This document shows, in pieces, positions 29,120 through 36,907 of a stretch of 64,000 nucleotides of DNA. Below the pieces are notes generated by a model that did no database searches, was not told the origin of the DNA, and saw only the letters and a program-made list of their open reading frames with translations. Source of the stretch: a virus (lineage: Duplodnaviria > Caudoviricetes); IMG/VR virus record IMGVR_UViG_3300014091_000001, positions 1-64,000 of that record, one strand, 5' to 3'. Both the position numbers and the translations under genes were made by a program. Position 1 is the stretch's first letter, and each line of letters starts with the position of its first letter.

Positions 29120-30390
29120 TGTTCGCCCTGGCGGATGTGAACAGCTTCTATGCCAGCTGTGAGAAGGTTTTCCGGCCAGACCTTCGTTACAAGCCAGTTG
29201 TCGTTTTATCTAATAACGATGGGTGTGTTATAGCGAGGTCGAAAGAGTCGAAACGGCTGGGTATAAAAATGGGGGTGCCGTGGTTCCAGCTAAAAAACAT
29301 GCAATTCCCGGAGCCGGTGATCGCATTTTCAAGTAACTATGAGTTATACGCCAGCATGAGTGCGCGAGTTATGAATTGCCTTGAATCGTTATCGCCTCGC
29401 GTCGAGCCCTACTCAATTGATGAAAGTTTTGTTGACGTGCGGGGCATCGATAACTGCATGTCATTTGAAGCCTTTGGCCACGAACTTAGAGACCATGTGT
29501 ACCGTTCAACAGGGCTAACGATCGGTGTTGGTATTGGTCCCACTAAAACACTGGCTAAAGCCGCTCAATGGGCCGGGAAAGAGTGGCCTCAATTTCATGG
29601 CGTGCTGGCCTTAACCCGGAGTAACCGAAACAGGATAGACAAAATGCTGTCATTAATGCCCGTTGGTGAAGTTTGGGGCATAGGCAGTCGTACAACTAAA
29701 AAACTGAGTGCGCTCGGTATTACCACAGCTCTGGATCTGGCAAGAATGCATCCGGCGTTTGTTCGTAAACATTTCAGTGTAGTTATGGAACGAACCGTGC
29801 GGGAGCTGGGTGGCGAAAGCTGTATTGAACTGGAAGAGGCGCCGCCAGCAAAACAGCAAATTGTCTGTAGCCGCTCTTTCGGACAGCGTATTACCACTTA
29901 TGAGGAAATGAGGCAGGCAGTGTGCCAGTACGCTGAAAGAGCAGCTGAGAAATTACGACTGGAAGGCCAGTATTGCCGTCATATTGCCACGTTTATCAAA
30001 ACATCATCGTTTAATGCTCATGAGCCCTACTACGGCAATGTGGCGAGTGAAAAGCTGGCCGTTGCCACCCGAGATAGCCGCGACGTGATAAAGGCCGCTA
30101 TACGAGCCTTAGATCGCATATGGATGGACGGTTATCGATATGCAAAGGCGGGGGTGATGCTGAACGATTTTGTACCGACCGGTATTAGCCAATTAACGTT
30201 GTTTGATGATGTTCAACCAAGCGCAAATACTGATCAGTTAATGAAGGTTTTGGACGGTATTAATAATTCAGGCTTAGGCCGCGTCTGGTTTGCTGGTCGG
30301 GGTGTTGCTCCAGACTGGCAGATGAAGCGAGAAATGCTTTCACCAGCATACACCACAAGGTGGAGCGAAATCCCTCGAGCTCAGTTTTAA
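29119..30390 (+). CDS. umuC: DNA polymerase V subunit UmuC
   Basis: ALADVNSFYASCE, SNNDGC, YSIDE, W.MKREMLSPAYTT. Confidence 0.97.
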   Translation: MFALADVNSFYASCEKVFRPDLRYKPVVVLSNNDGCVIARSKESKRLGIKMGVPWFQLKNMQFPEPVIAFSSNYELYASMSARVMNCLESLSPRVEPYSIDESFVDVRGIDNCMSFEAFGHELRDHVYRSTGLTIGVGIGPTKTLAKAAQWAGKEWPQFHGVLALTRSNRNRIDKMLSLMPVGEVWGIGSRTTKKLSALGITTALDLARMHPAFVRKHFSVVMERTVRELGGESCIELEEAPPAKQQIVCSRSFGQRITTYEEMRQAVCQYAERAAEKLRLEGQYCRHIATFIKTSSFNAHEPYYGNVASEKLAVATRDSRDVIKAAIRALDRIWMDGYRYAKAGVMLNDFVPTGISQLTLFDDVQPSANTDQLMKVLDGINNSGLGRVWFAGRGVAPDWQMKREMLSPAYTTRWSEIPRAQF

Positions 30391-30592
30391 GTGTGTGCTG
30401 ACGGGATAAAGATGTGCGCTGGCGGGAGGTGCTTTGAAAATGTGTGTTGGCGGGAAAGTATTGACTCTACAGTGTGTGCTGGCGGGAACAAAGGCGCTTT
30501 AAAGGGCTTCGTAGGGTAATATTAAGTCCGTAAAAAGCCAGCCATCCCACCAGCGCACATTTTTGCATGATGATATCCCGCCAGCGCACATC
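30390..30592. repeat. Six auxiliary RepA iterons (4 direct, 2 inverted), incA-like
   Basis: 19-bp nnTGTG(T/C)GCTGGCGGGA units at about 30390, 30411, 30439, 30471 and inverted at 30543, 30574. Confidence 0.85.
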
Positions 30593-30603
30593 TTCTTTAT
30601 GTT

Positions 30604-30843
30604 TTATCCACATATCCACTTGATAGATCCAATAAATAGATCCCAAAGAGATCCCATATAGTACCAAACAGATCCCGGACGCCTGAGAGCCGCGCCCCGC
30701 CTGGCTTAAAGACCTTTTTAGATGTGTGCTGGTGGGATAAAGGTGTGTGCTGGCGGGATGAATATGTGTGCTGACGGGTTGAAAATGTGTCTTGCCGGGA
30801 TGTAAGGTGTGTGCTGGCGGGATATGCGATCCTTTTATCCACA
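30604..30843 (+). other. oriR: Plasmid replication origin oriR
   Basis: DnaA boxes TTATCCACA (30604, 30835), four AGATCC(A/C) Dam-site repeats, a GC-rich spacer, and five P1-like iterons at 21-22 bp period (30721-30824). Confidence 0.93.
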
Positions 30844-30877
30844 CTATTCACAAATCACCTCCGGTTAAGGCAACTGC

Positions 30878-31744
30878 ATGACTGATAAGACTTTTATTTC
30901 CGACGCGCTATTCAGCGACATGGAAAAGCGGGAAAAACAGTTAACAGTTAACTCTAACAACACCGTTCAGCCGGTGGCGTTAATGCGTCTCGGCGTTTTT
31001 GTACCTAAACCCACGAAATCCCAGGGGAACAATAACATTGTGGATGCCTCTGAGTTGTTTTCTCAACTGGAGATAGCGCGGGCAGAAGGGTACGACAACG
31101 TAAAGATTGGCGGGCCTCGCCTCGATATGGATGTGGATTTTAAGGTATGGATAGGGGTGATCTTCGCTTTCAGTAAATACGGGCTTAAAGCGAATAAAAT
31201 CCAGCTTAAATTCACAGAATTTGCTAAAGGGTGCGGCTTTAGTGCAAAACGCATGGATGGTCGGTTAAGGCTCTCCATACACGAATCCTTGGGCAAGTTG
31301 CGTAACAAATCGATCTCTTTTAAGCGCGGCGAGGATGCGCGCGGGAGTTATCAAACAGGTTTGCTTAAAACCGGCTATTTTGATGCGGATCGTGACATTG
31401 TTGAGCTGGAGGCGGATGAAAAGCTATGGGAGCTTTTCCAGCTTGATTATCGGGTTTTGCTTCAACAACATGCCATTAAAGCGTTACCGAAGAAAGAAGC
31501 TGCCCAGGCGATATATACCTTCATTGAAAGCCTGCCAGCCAGTCCGATTCCCGTTGCCTTTTCACGGCTGCGTGAGCGCCTTTCCCTGGCTTCCAGTGTA
31601 AGCGAGCAAAACCGAACAATTAAAAAGGCGTTAGAGCAGCTGCAAAAGATAGGTTATCTGGAGTTCACGCTCACGAAGAAAGAACGTGAGAATTATTTGA
31701 TTATTCATAAAAGAAACCCAAAGTTAAAACCGACAGATCTGTAG
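30878..31744 (+). CDS. repA: Replication initiator RepA (P1/IncY-like)
   Basis: LTVNSNNTVQPVALMRLGVFVPKP...KLWELFQLDY...LPKKEAAQAIYTFIESLP, close to P1 RepA. Confidence 0.97.
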   Translation: MTDKTFISDALFSDMEKREKQLTVNSNNTVQPVALMRLGVFVPKPTKSQGNNNIVDASELFSQLEIARAEGYDNVKIGGPRLDMDVDFKVWIGVIFAFSKYGLKANKIQLKFTEFAKGCGFSAKRMDGRLRLSIHESLGKLRNKSISFKRGEDARGSYQTGLLKTGYFDADRDIVELEADEKLWELFQLDYRVLLQQHAIKALPKKEAAQAIYTFIESLPASPIPVAFSRLRERLSLASSVSEQNRTIKKALEQLQKIGYLEFTLTKKERENYLIIHKRNPKLKPTDL

Positions 31745-31795
31745 CGCCCTTATATGCACAGATTTATAAAAACCATTATTAAAAGGGTCGCATAA

Positions 31796-32734
31796 ATGGT
31801 TACTTCTACCACAGCGCATTTACCAATACCTAAATCATGGGATGAATTTGAGGATATTTGCAAAGATGCTTTTTCTCTTAGATGGAATAGTCCTGATTTA
31901 CAAAGGCATGGCCGGTCAGGTCAAAAGCAAGATGGCGTTGACATATATGGTCACGACCATCTTGCTGATTTTGTAGGAATACAGTGTAAGAATACGCATT
32001 CAGGTATTAATAAATCCGTAATAGATGAAGAAATTTTGAAGGCGGAGAAATTTCGTCCTGAACTTGATGCACTGTACATAGCTACAACCGCTCCAAGAGA
32101 CACGGAGATTCAGCGCCATGCGAGAGACGTTTCCGAGGCAAGAAAAAAAGGAAACAAATTTCCAGTAAATGTTGTTTTTTGGGACGATCTAACTCTCGAT
32201 CTGAGTCGAGATGATACAGTTATTAGAAAGCACTTTCCTATGTTTTTTGTGGAAAAAAAGCTTACAAAGGAAGAGCAATTACGCAATAGAGACATTTCAA
32301 ACTTGAAATCGTTATTGAAGTTGATTGAATTTAACGTAACCCTCAGAAGATTAAATAGGGACGCTAAATATATACATCATTTGCTAGTCGAAGAATTTCA
32401 TAACGTACTCAATTTACGCCTTTCGTCTGTGTTTTATCTTAATGATAAAAAGCTTATGAAAATGATAGATGATATGATTTTAGAGTGGTGGGAGCTCCAC
32501 CATTTATGCGGCAAGGCGCCATATGATTATATTGATCATATCTCTGCTTTTTCTTTTACCATGCCCGGCGATATCTGTCGCAATAAAGAAGAGGATGCCT
32601 TGTATGAGCAAATTTCTAACCAAATGAAAACACTAATGAAATCTATCACTTCTTTTTGCGATTTTCTTCATTCAAATTACCATGAGATTGATTTGAACAT
32701 TACCAATCTTGAAGCACAAAGATTTTATAGCTGA
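31796..32734 (+). CDS. Mrr/Cap4-like PD-(D/E)XK nuclease fused to an unknown helical domain; candidate anti-phage gene
   Basis: WDEFE...GRSGQKQDGVDI...GIQCK motif; visibly AT-rich. Confidence 0.75.
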   Translation: MVTSTTAHLPIPKSWDEFEDICKDAFSLRWNSPDLQRHGRSGQKQDGVDIYGHDHLADFVGIQCKNTHSGINKSVIDEEILKAEKFRPELDALYIATTAPRDTEIQRHARDVSEARKKGNKFPVNVVFWDDLTLDLSRDDTVIRKHFPMFFVEKKLTKEEQLRNRDISNLKSLLKLIEFNVTLRRLNRDAKYIHHLLVEEFHNVLNLRLSSVFYLNDKKLMKMIDDMILEWWELHHLCGKAPYDYIDHISAFSFTMPGDICRNKEEDALYEQISNQMKTLMKSITSFCDFLHSNYHEIDLNITNLEAQRFYS

Positions 32735-32779
32735 ACCGGTTATAAACGCAGGGAGGCGCTTCTTGCCTCCCTCTTTACT

Positions 32780-32819
32780 ATTACAGTATTACTGTATTAC
32801 TGTGTTAGCGCCATATTGT
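32780..32819. repeat. Degenerate 8-bp repeat array C
   Basis: ATTACAGT-ATTACTGT-ATTACTGT-GTTAGCGC-CATATTGT. Confidence 0.6.
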
Positions 32820-33105
32820 AATCGTTACGCAACATATTACGTTCGTTACACTGCTCTACCGCGTCATAGAGCGTTTCAGTGTATGCCGGATATAGCTCCA
32901 GATATTCAGGGCTATCCTCTGGTATCAGACACGGCTGGTAAGGCATCGGCTGGCTTTTGGGAAGTGTTACCACCTTCGTTGTTGTTATGACTTTTGGTGT
33001 TGATGTGTTTTGCTCGTTCGCGCTGCATCCTGACAATATTATCAGGCACACGAAGATTTTGAAGGCCCGCGCGCTTAATTTCGGTTGTGATGCTAATGAT
33101 GGCAT
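32797..33105 (-). CDS. Outer-membrane lipoprotein, o-spanin-like (P1 mlp position)
   Basis: Signal peptide with lipobox LSGC, Pro-rich, two further Cys; overlaps the upstream gene out of frame. Confidence 0.75.
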   Translation of the reverse strand: MPSLASQPKLSARAFKIFVCLIILSGCSANEQNTSTPKVITTTKVVTLPKSQPMPYQPCLIPEDSPEYLELYPAYTETLYDAVEQCNERNMLRNDYNMALTQ

Positions 33106-33424
33106 TTCGGCTTTCCTCGCTCAGTTTTGATAGCCTGGCTTCCAGTTCGTTTTGTTTTTGAATATGTGATTGCAGAGCCGTATCACGCTCTTTGAGCGTG
33201 GTTTCGAGTACGCCGATGTGGTCCTGCTGCTGAGCCAGGGAACTTGTCAACGTGGTTATTTGCTCCTTCTGAGACGCGTTTTCTTCGTCCAGAGCCTTTT
33301 TGTCTCCTTCAAGGCTGGCAACGTACTCAAAGTGGTTCGTTATGCTGCTGTATGCCTGAATAAGCGCGTAGCTGAACACCGCCAGGACGATTGCCACCAG
33401 CGGCGCTTTAACTCCTGAAAACAT
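32912..33424 (-). CDS. Inner-membrane coiled-coil protein, i-spanin-like (P1 ppfA position)
   Basis: N-terminal TM segment followed by a long coiled coil. Confidence 0.72.
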   Translation of the reverse strand: MFSGVKAPLVAIVLAVFSYALIQAYSSITNHFEYVASLEGDKKALDEENASQKEQITTLTSSLAQQQDHIGVLETTLKERDTALQSHIQKQNELEARLSKLSEESRNAIISITTEIKRAGLQNLRVPDNIVRMQRERAKHINTKSHNNNEGGNTSQKPADALPAVSDTRG

Positions 33425-33433
33425 ATGTCACTC

Positions 33434-34237
33434 CTATTTCAATGCGTCGATAACGCCTGGTGGCATGATCGCGGCAATAGCCGGGGCCATAATGGGATCA
33501 GCCGCCAGCCCGACTGTTAACGTAATTGCGACGGCATTGTTTAACGACTTCTTGGCCGTGGCAGTTGCCTGGTTTACCTGGTTTGTGTAATCCACAGTTA
33601 AGCCGGTATGTTGATTTAGTGATGAAAACAGCCCGTCCAGGGTTTGCGTTGCCACTCGCAGATCGTCAATTTGTTTGGTCGTTAATGGTGGGGGCGCTCC
33701 AGCGCCGCCAGTTCCACCAGCGCCGCCAGTTCCACCAGCGCTGCCACTGCCTGACGTTGTTTCATCTGGCGCCGTAACTACCACGTCATTGATTGACTTC
33801 ATGGCTTTAACCAGGTCAGCGAGGGTTATTGCGTGTAATGCATTACGCAACGCGCGAGTGGTCACTACGTCATTAAGTGCCGCGACAAGAGGGAAAACCG
33901 GAATCGGGTTAAGTCGATTACCCTTCGCGTGGCATTCCCAGCCAATTTTCATCTGTAACAGTTCAGAGGGGGTTAGATAGGGCGTTATCGCCTTACTGAA
34001 TCCACCTGCGGCACTGCCAGCCTGCGTTAGCTGGCTGGCGTAACCTGGGATTTTTAAGATGTATTGTGTGATGGTTGAAGGGTAGTCAGCGCCATCCACC
34101 AGCAACGGCTTTAGGGTATTGGCCAGCTCGCTTGCCAGCGTCACGGATTCGCCGCATACCGTAACTGGAATGGGGGTAACTGCACCCTCTGCATTGAGGA
34201 TGCAAAACGCAGTAATTTGTTTGTTGTCGTCCAGCAT
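33434..34237 (-). CDS. upfB: UpfB-like baseplate protein
   Basis: Position between upfC and the spanin-like genes; ATG overlaps the upfC stop; Gly-rich linker. Confidence 0.65.
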   Translation of the reverse strand: MLDDNKQITAFCILNAEGAVTPIPVTVCGESVTLASELANTLKPLLVDGADYPSTITQYILKIPGYASQLTQAGSAAGGFSKAITPYLTPSELLQMKIGWECHAKGNRLNPIPVFPLVAALNDVVTTRALRNALHAITLADLVKAMKSINDVVVTAPDETTSGSGSAGGTGGAGGTGGAGAPPPLTTKQIDDLRVATQTLDGLFSSLNQHTGLTVDYTNQVNQATATAKKSLNNAVAITLTVGLAADPIMAPAIAAIMPPGVIDALK

Positions 34238-34521
34238 TAGACCACCTGAAAAAATGGATCGCCGGTTGCGACGACTGAACCGCAAGAAACCGGGTCCGAA
34301 ACACACACAATGGGTTTCCCGTTCACCGTAAACCACGGGCGGGTAGATACGGCTACGCCGCTATGGGATGAATTACCGTCTGAATGGTCCGGGAACAGGT
34401 TTCCGTCCACCAGCACTGCCTTGCCATTAATTTTCAGAAATGGTTCCGCCTCAGCGGTTTTCCGTGGCGGGAATCCGCCATGCCCGGAACAGATTGAGTC
34501 GATAGTTCCTGCTGCGCTCAT
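34237..34521 (-). CDS. upfC: PAAR-like spike tip UpfC
   Basis: SICSGHGGFP...H.DGNS.H...V.DPVSCGS matches P1 UpfC and T4 gp5.4-like proteins. Confidence 0.88.
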   Translation of the reverse strand: MSAAGTIDSICSGHGGFPPRKTAEAEPFLKINGKAVLVDGNLFPDHSDGNSSHSGVAVSTRPWFTVNGKPIVCVSDPVSCGSVVATGDPFFQVV

Positions 34522-34547
34522 AGTGCCTCCTGAAAAGATTCAGGGGC

Positions 34548-34568
34548 AGGATAGGGGGTTTGTGATTT
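34548..34568 (-). promoter_or_regulatory. Putative late promoter (upfC-upfB-spanins)
   Basis: AAATCACAAA-CCCCC-TATCCT. Confidence 0.72.
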
Positions 34569-34605
34569 GGGCAAAAAAAAACCCCGCCGGATAGCGGGGT
34601 TTGTA

Positions 34606-34980
34606 TTAGTTCAGCGTCAGTTGGCTGGGGCGGCAATCGTATAACTCTGCCAACTTTTCCAGTGTGGCAGAACGGGGATTAGCTGATTTCTCCAGTTGAG
34701 AAATAGCGGATTGTTTGACGCCCAGCTTTTCCGCTACATCAGCCTGTGACAGACGGCGAAAGATACGCCAGGCTGCTTGTAGCGTAACTTGGTTATCCAC
34801 CATGATGCTTATCACATCATGTGGAACGGTTTCATCATCATTGTCTCCGCTGGCAAAAGGAATAGATTGATAGTCCTCGTCACGATCAGCGGCATTCAAC
34901 AAGTCTTGATACATTTCAATAGGAAGAACAACGGAGGTGCGATTTCCTTGTTCATCAAACATGTACTGTATCTTTTGCAT
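34606..34980 (-). CDS. XRE-HTH antitoxin (HigA-like)
   Basis: C-terminal LSQADVAEKLGVKQSAISQLE HTH; downstream of a RelE toxin. Confidence 0.85.
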   Translation of the reverse strand: MQKIQYMFDEQGNRTSVVLPIEMYQDLLNAADRDEDYQSIPFASGDNDDETVPHDVISIMVDNQVTLQAAWRIFRRLSQADVAEKLGVKQSAISQLEKSANPRSATLEKLAELYDCRPSQLTLN

Positions 34981-35132
34981 AATCTCTAATCTCTAGTATT
35001 CAAAGTATTCACGATAGTCTTTGATAGTCGTTTCAGGGTTTAGATACTCATTATGGGTATTACATTAAAATTTCATGGATAACTTACTTTTTAAAGATAG
35101 AGTTTTTTCAATACAGGATTATGGTTAATTTC

Positions 35133-35170
35133 AGTCAGAAGTGGGGGGGAAGCCCCCCCAACTTCTGACT
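35133..35170. terminator. 17-bp-stem hairpin between toxin and antitoxin
   Basis: AGTCAGAAGT-G7-AAG-C7-A-ACTTCTGACT. Confidence 0.7.
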
Positions 35171-35427
35171 TAGTACGTCTTACTTGTCCTTCGTAAAACC
35201 TCCTGAATCTCAATGATTTTTGGGCCGTTATCAAACTCAAAAATCACCCTGTAATCACCAATCGTGAGTCGATATTTCGAACCCATGTCGGTGAGTTTTT
35301 TTATATCCAGATTTACCGAAGGGAAGCCGGTAAGCATGGCTACCTTGTCCTTCACGGTTTTTTGATATCTGGTATCTATTTTCGAGAGCTGTTTAATGGC
35401 TCTTTGAGTCCAGTTTACCTTAACCAT
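35170..35427 (-). CDS. RelE/ParE-family toxin (HigB-like order)
   Basis: IKQLSKID...DIKKL...YRLTIGDYRVIF. Confidence 0.9.
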   Translation of the reverse strand: MVKVNWTQRAIKQLSKIDTRYQKTVKDKVAMLTGFPSVNLDIKKLTDMGSKYRLTIGDYRVIFEFDNGPKIIEIQEVLRRTSKTY

Positions 35428-35588
35428 AAGTCCCCATTTTTAAAGAGCTTATCCACAAGGGATGTATGTAATATAAGTCTTTATACTTATAACGTCAAGA
35501 TAGAATCTTATGTTTTTATAAGTGTTTCGGCTCGCCTATCATTTGTGTGATGTAAGTGCAACTCTACGATTCTGAAAGTGAATAGGCC

Positions 35589-35616
35589 TTGCAATATGAA
35601 GGCCAATTGTTATTCT
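35589..35616 (+). promoter_or_regulatory. Sigma70-like promoter for the C4-like leader
   Basis: TTGCAA-N16-TATTCT with TGn extension. Confidence 0.5.
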
Positions 35617-35750
35617 TTGCGCCGCAGGTCACATTACCTGTCGGGCGTGGAAACCCGGAAAAGCAAAAGACGGTTCAGAGCGTCAGAAATGACAGCTGCT
35701 CTGTACCGTAGCGTCAGCGCACCCAAAAAACGGCTAATGCCGTTCGAATT

Positions 35751-35833
35751 ATGGTGGCGCTGGCAGGGCAGCTTACGGGCTGGCCGGTATTCTTTTGCGC
35801 CGGTATTTCCACTCCTGTCAGTGTCACCACCAT
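35751..35833 (+). ncRNA. C4/CI-like antisense immunity RNA
   Basis: 15-bp closing stem (35753-67 with 35814-28, 3 G:U), two internal hairpins, loop TTTCCAC complementary to upstream GTGGAAA (35647-53); Ash-type reading MVALAGQLTGWPV. Confidence 0.7.
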
Positions 35834-35888
35834 TTTCCGTAAAGTAACTTCCCGGTGGTGATAGCAATACCAAACGAGGGATTTTACC

Positions 35889-36152
35889 GTGTCTTATCTT
35901 GCCCCTATCCTTGCCCCCATCTTACACCCCTTAGTTGCGTCCTCCGGCGATACCGGCTTAGACATGAATGCGGCAATTACTGGCCTCTTTCATGGGTACA
36001 ATTCTGAATATTGCCGCCGCCAATGCTGGACACCTGCTGAACATGTGACCCTTGAAGGGGAACAGATGGTATTCAATGACGCTGCTGGTGGAATGACAGC
36101 TTATCTCCCATCTGTAGCTGATCTACTCGCGCTGGATTGGATTCTGGTATAG
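35889..36152 (+). CDS. DUF2829/Tad2-like small protein
   Basis: AI..L..G....RR..W...YLPSVADLLALDWILV pattern; SD GAGG before the GTG. Confidence 0.6.
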   Translation: MSYLAPILAPILHPLVASSGDTGLDMNAAITGLFHGYNSEYCRRQCWTPAEHVTLEGEQMVFNDAAGGMTAYLPSVADLLALDWILV

Positions 36153-36207
36153 CCCCCACAAAACAGTAAATCCTGATCTCTGTCATACAAAAATGCATTG
36201 CCAACCT

Positions 36208-36263
36208 AATACTGTCACATCATAATCTTGTACTACTGTATTACACTATTACAATGTGACAGG
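36208..36263. repeat. Degenerate 8-bp repeat array D (par operator/centromere)
   Basis: Seven 8-bp units (AATACTGT...ATTACAAT) ending 17 bp before the parA ATG. Confidence 0.75.
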
Positions 36264-36280
36264 CTTAACGGGGGGAGTGA

Positions 36281-36907
36281 ATGATAGTACTGCTGGGTTC
36301 ACAAAAGGGCGGCGTAGGGAAATCAACGCTGGCCGTCAGTATTGCCGCTTATCTAATGGAGTTAGGTAAAACAGTTATTATTGTTGATGCCGACGATCAG
36401 AAATCAGCATTAACCTGGTATAACAACCGGGACGAAAACATGCCTCGCCTGCCTGTAGTTGCAGCTACCGGCAATATTAAAAATACCCTTATCGAAATGG
36501 ACAGGCATTACGATTTTGTCATTGCTGATAGCGCCGGACGCGATAGCTCTGAGCTCCGCTCTGGCCTGCTGGCTGCTGACATTTTCCTGTCACCCCTCCG
36601 CCCCTCTCAGATGGATCTTGATGTGGTTCCGCATACGTGCGAGGTGTTCACCACGGCGAAAGACTTTAACGAGAAAGTTAAGGGTTATCTGGTTCTCAAC
36701 ATGACACCAACAAATATGTTTGTGAATGAAGGGAATCTGGCGTCGGAAGTTCTGAAAGACTTCCCGGCTATGATGCAGGCTGAGACGCGCGTTTGCGATC
36801 GCAAAGTTTTTCGTGATACCTGGGCAACCAGTACCACTATTTTTGAAGCCGAAAACGAAAAGGCAAAAGAAGAGATTCGCAATCTGGTTAATGAGGTGAT
36901 TTTGTGA
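36281..36907 (+). CDS. parA: Short ParA ATPase (type Ib)
   Basis: Deviant Walker A QKGGVGKST, DADDQ, DSAGRD; no N-terminal HTH. Confidence 0.93.
   Translation: MIVLLGSQKGGVGKSTLAVSIAAYLMELGKTVIIVDADDQKSALTWYNNRDENMPRLPVVAATGNIKNTLIEMDRHYDFVIADSAGRDSSELRSGLLAADIFLSPLRPSQMDLDVVPHTCEVFTTAKDFNEKVKGYLVLNMTPTNMFVNEGNLASEVLKDFPAMMQAETRVCDRKVFRDTWATSTTIFEAENEKAKEEIRNLVNEVIL

Noticed and set aside
30467-30851. Minus-strand ORFs of 125 and 84 aa over the origin
   Set aside because: Repetitive H-T-P-A-S peptides are translations of the iterons.
33700-33755. 18-bp tandem repeat in upfB (GGTGGA linker)
   Set aside because: Two-copy Gly-rich linker; no evidence of anything beyond a flexible loop.
35449-35457. 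Perfect DnaA box upstream of the relE toxin
   Set aside because: A single 9-mer can occur by chance in 64 kb, and there are no accompanying origin features.
35578-35847. 89-aa ORF, the antisense 79-aa ORF, and a short Ash-type peptide MVALAGQLTGWPV...
   Set aside because: Better explained as by-products of the C4-like RNA structure; the Ash-type frame stops after 36 codons.
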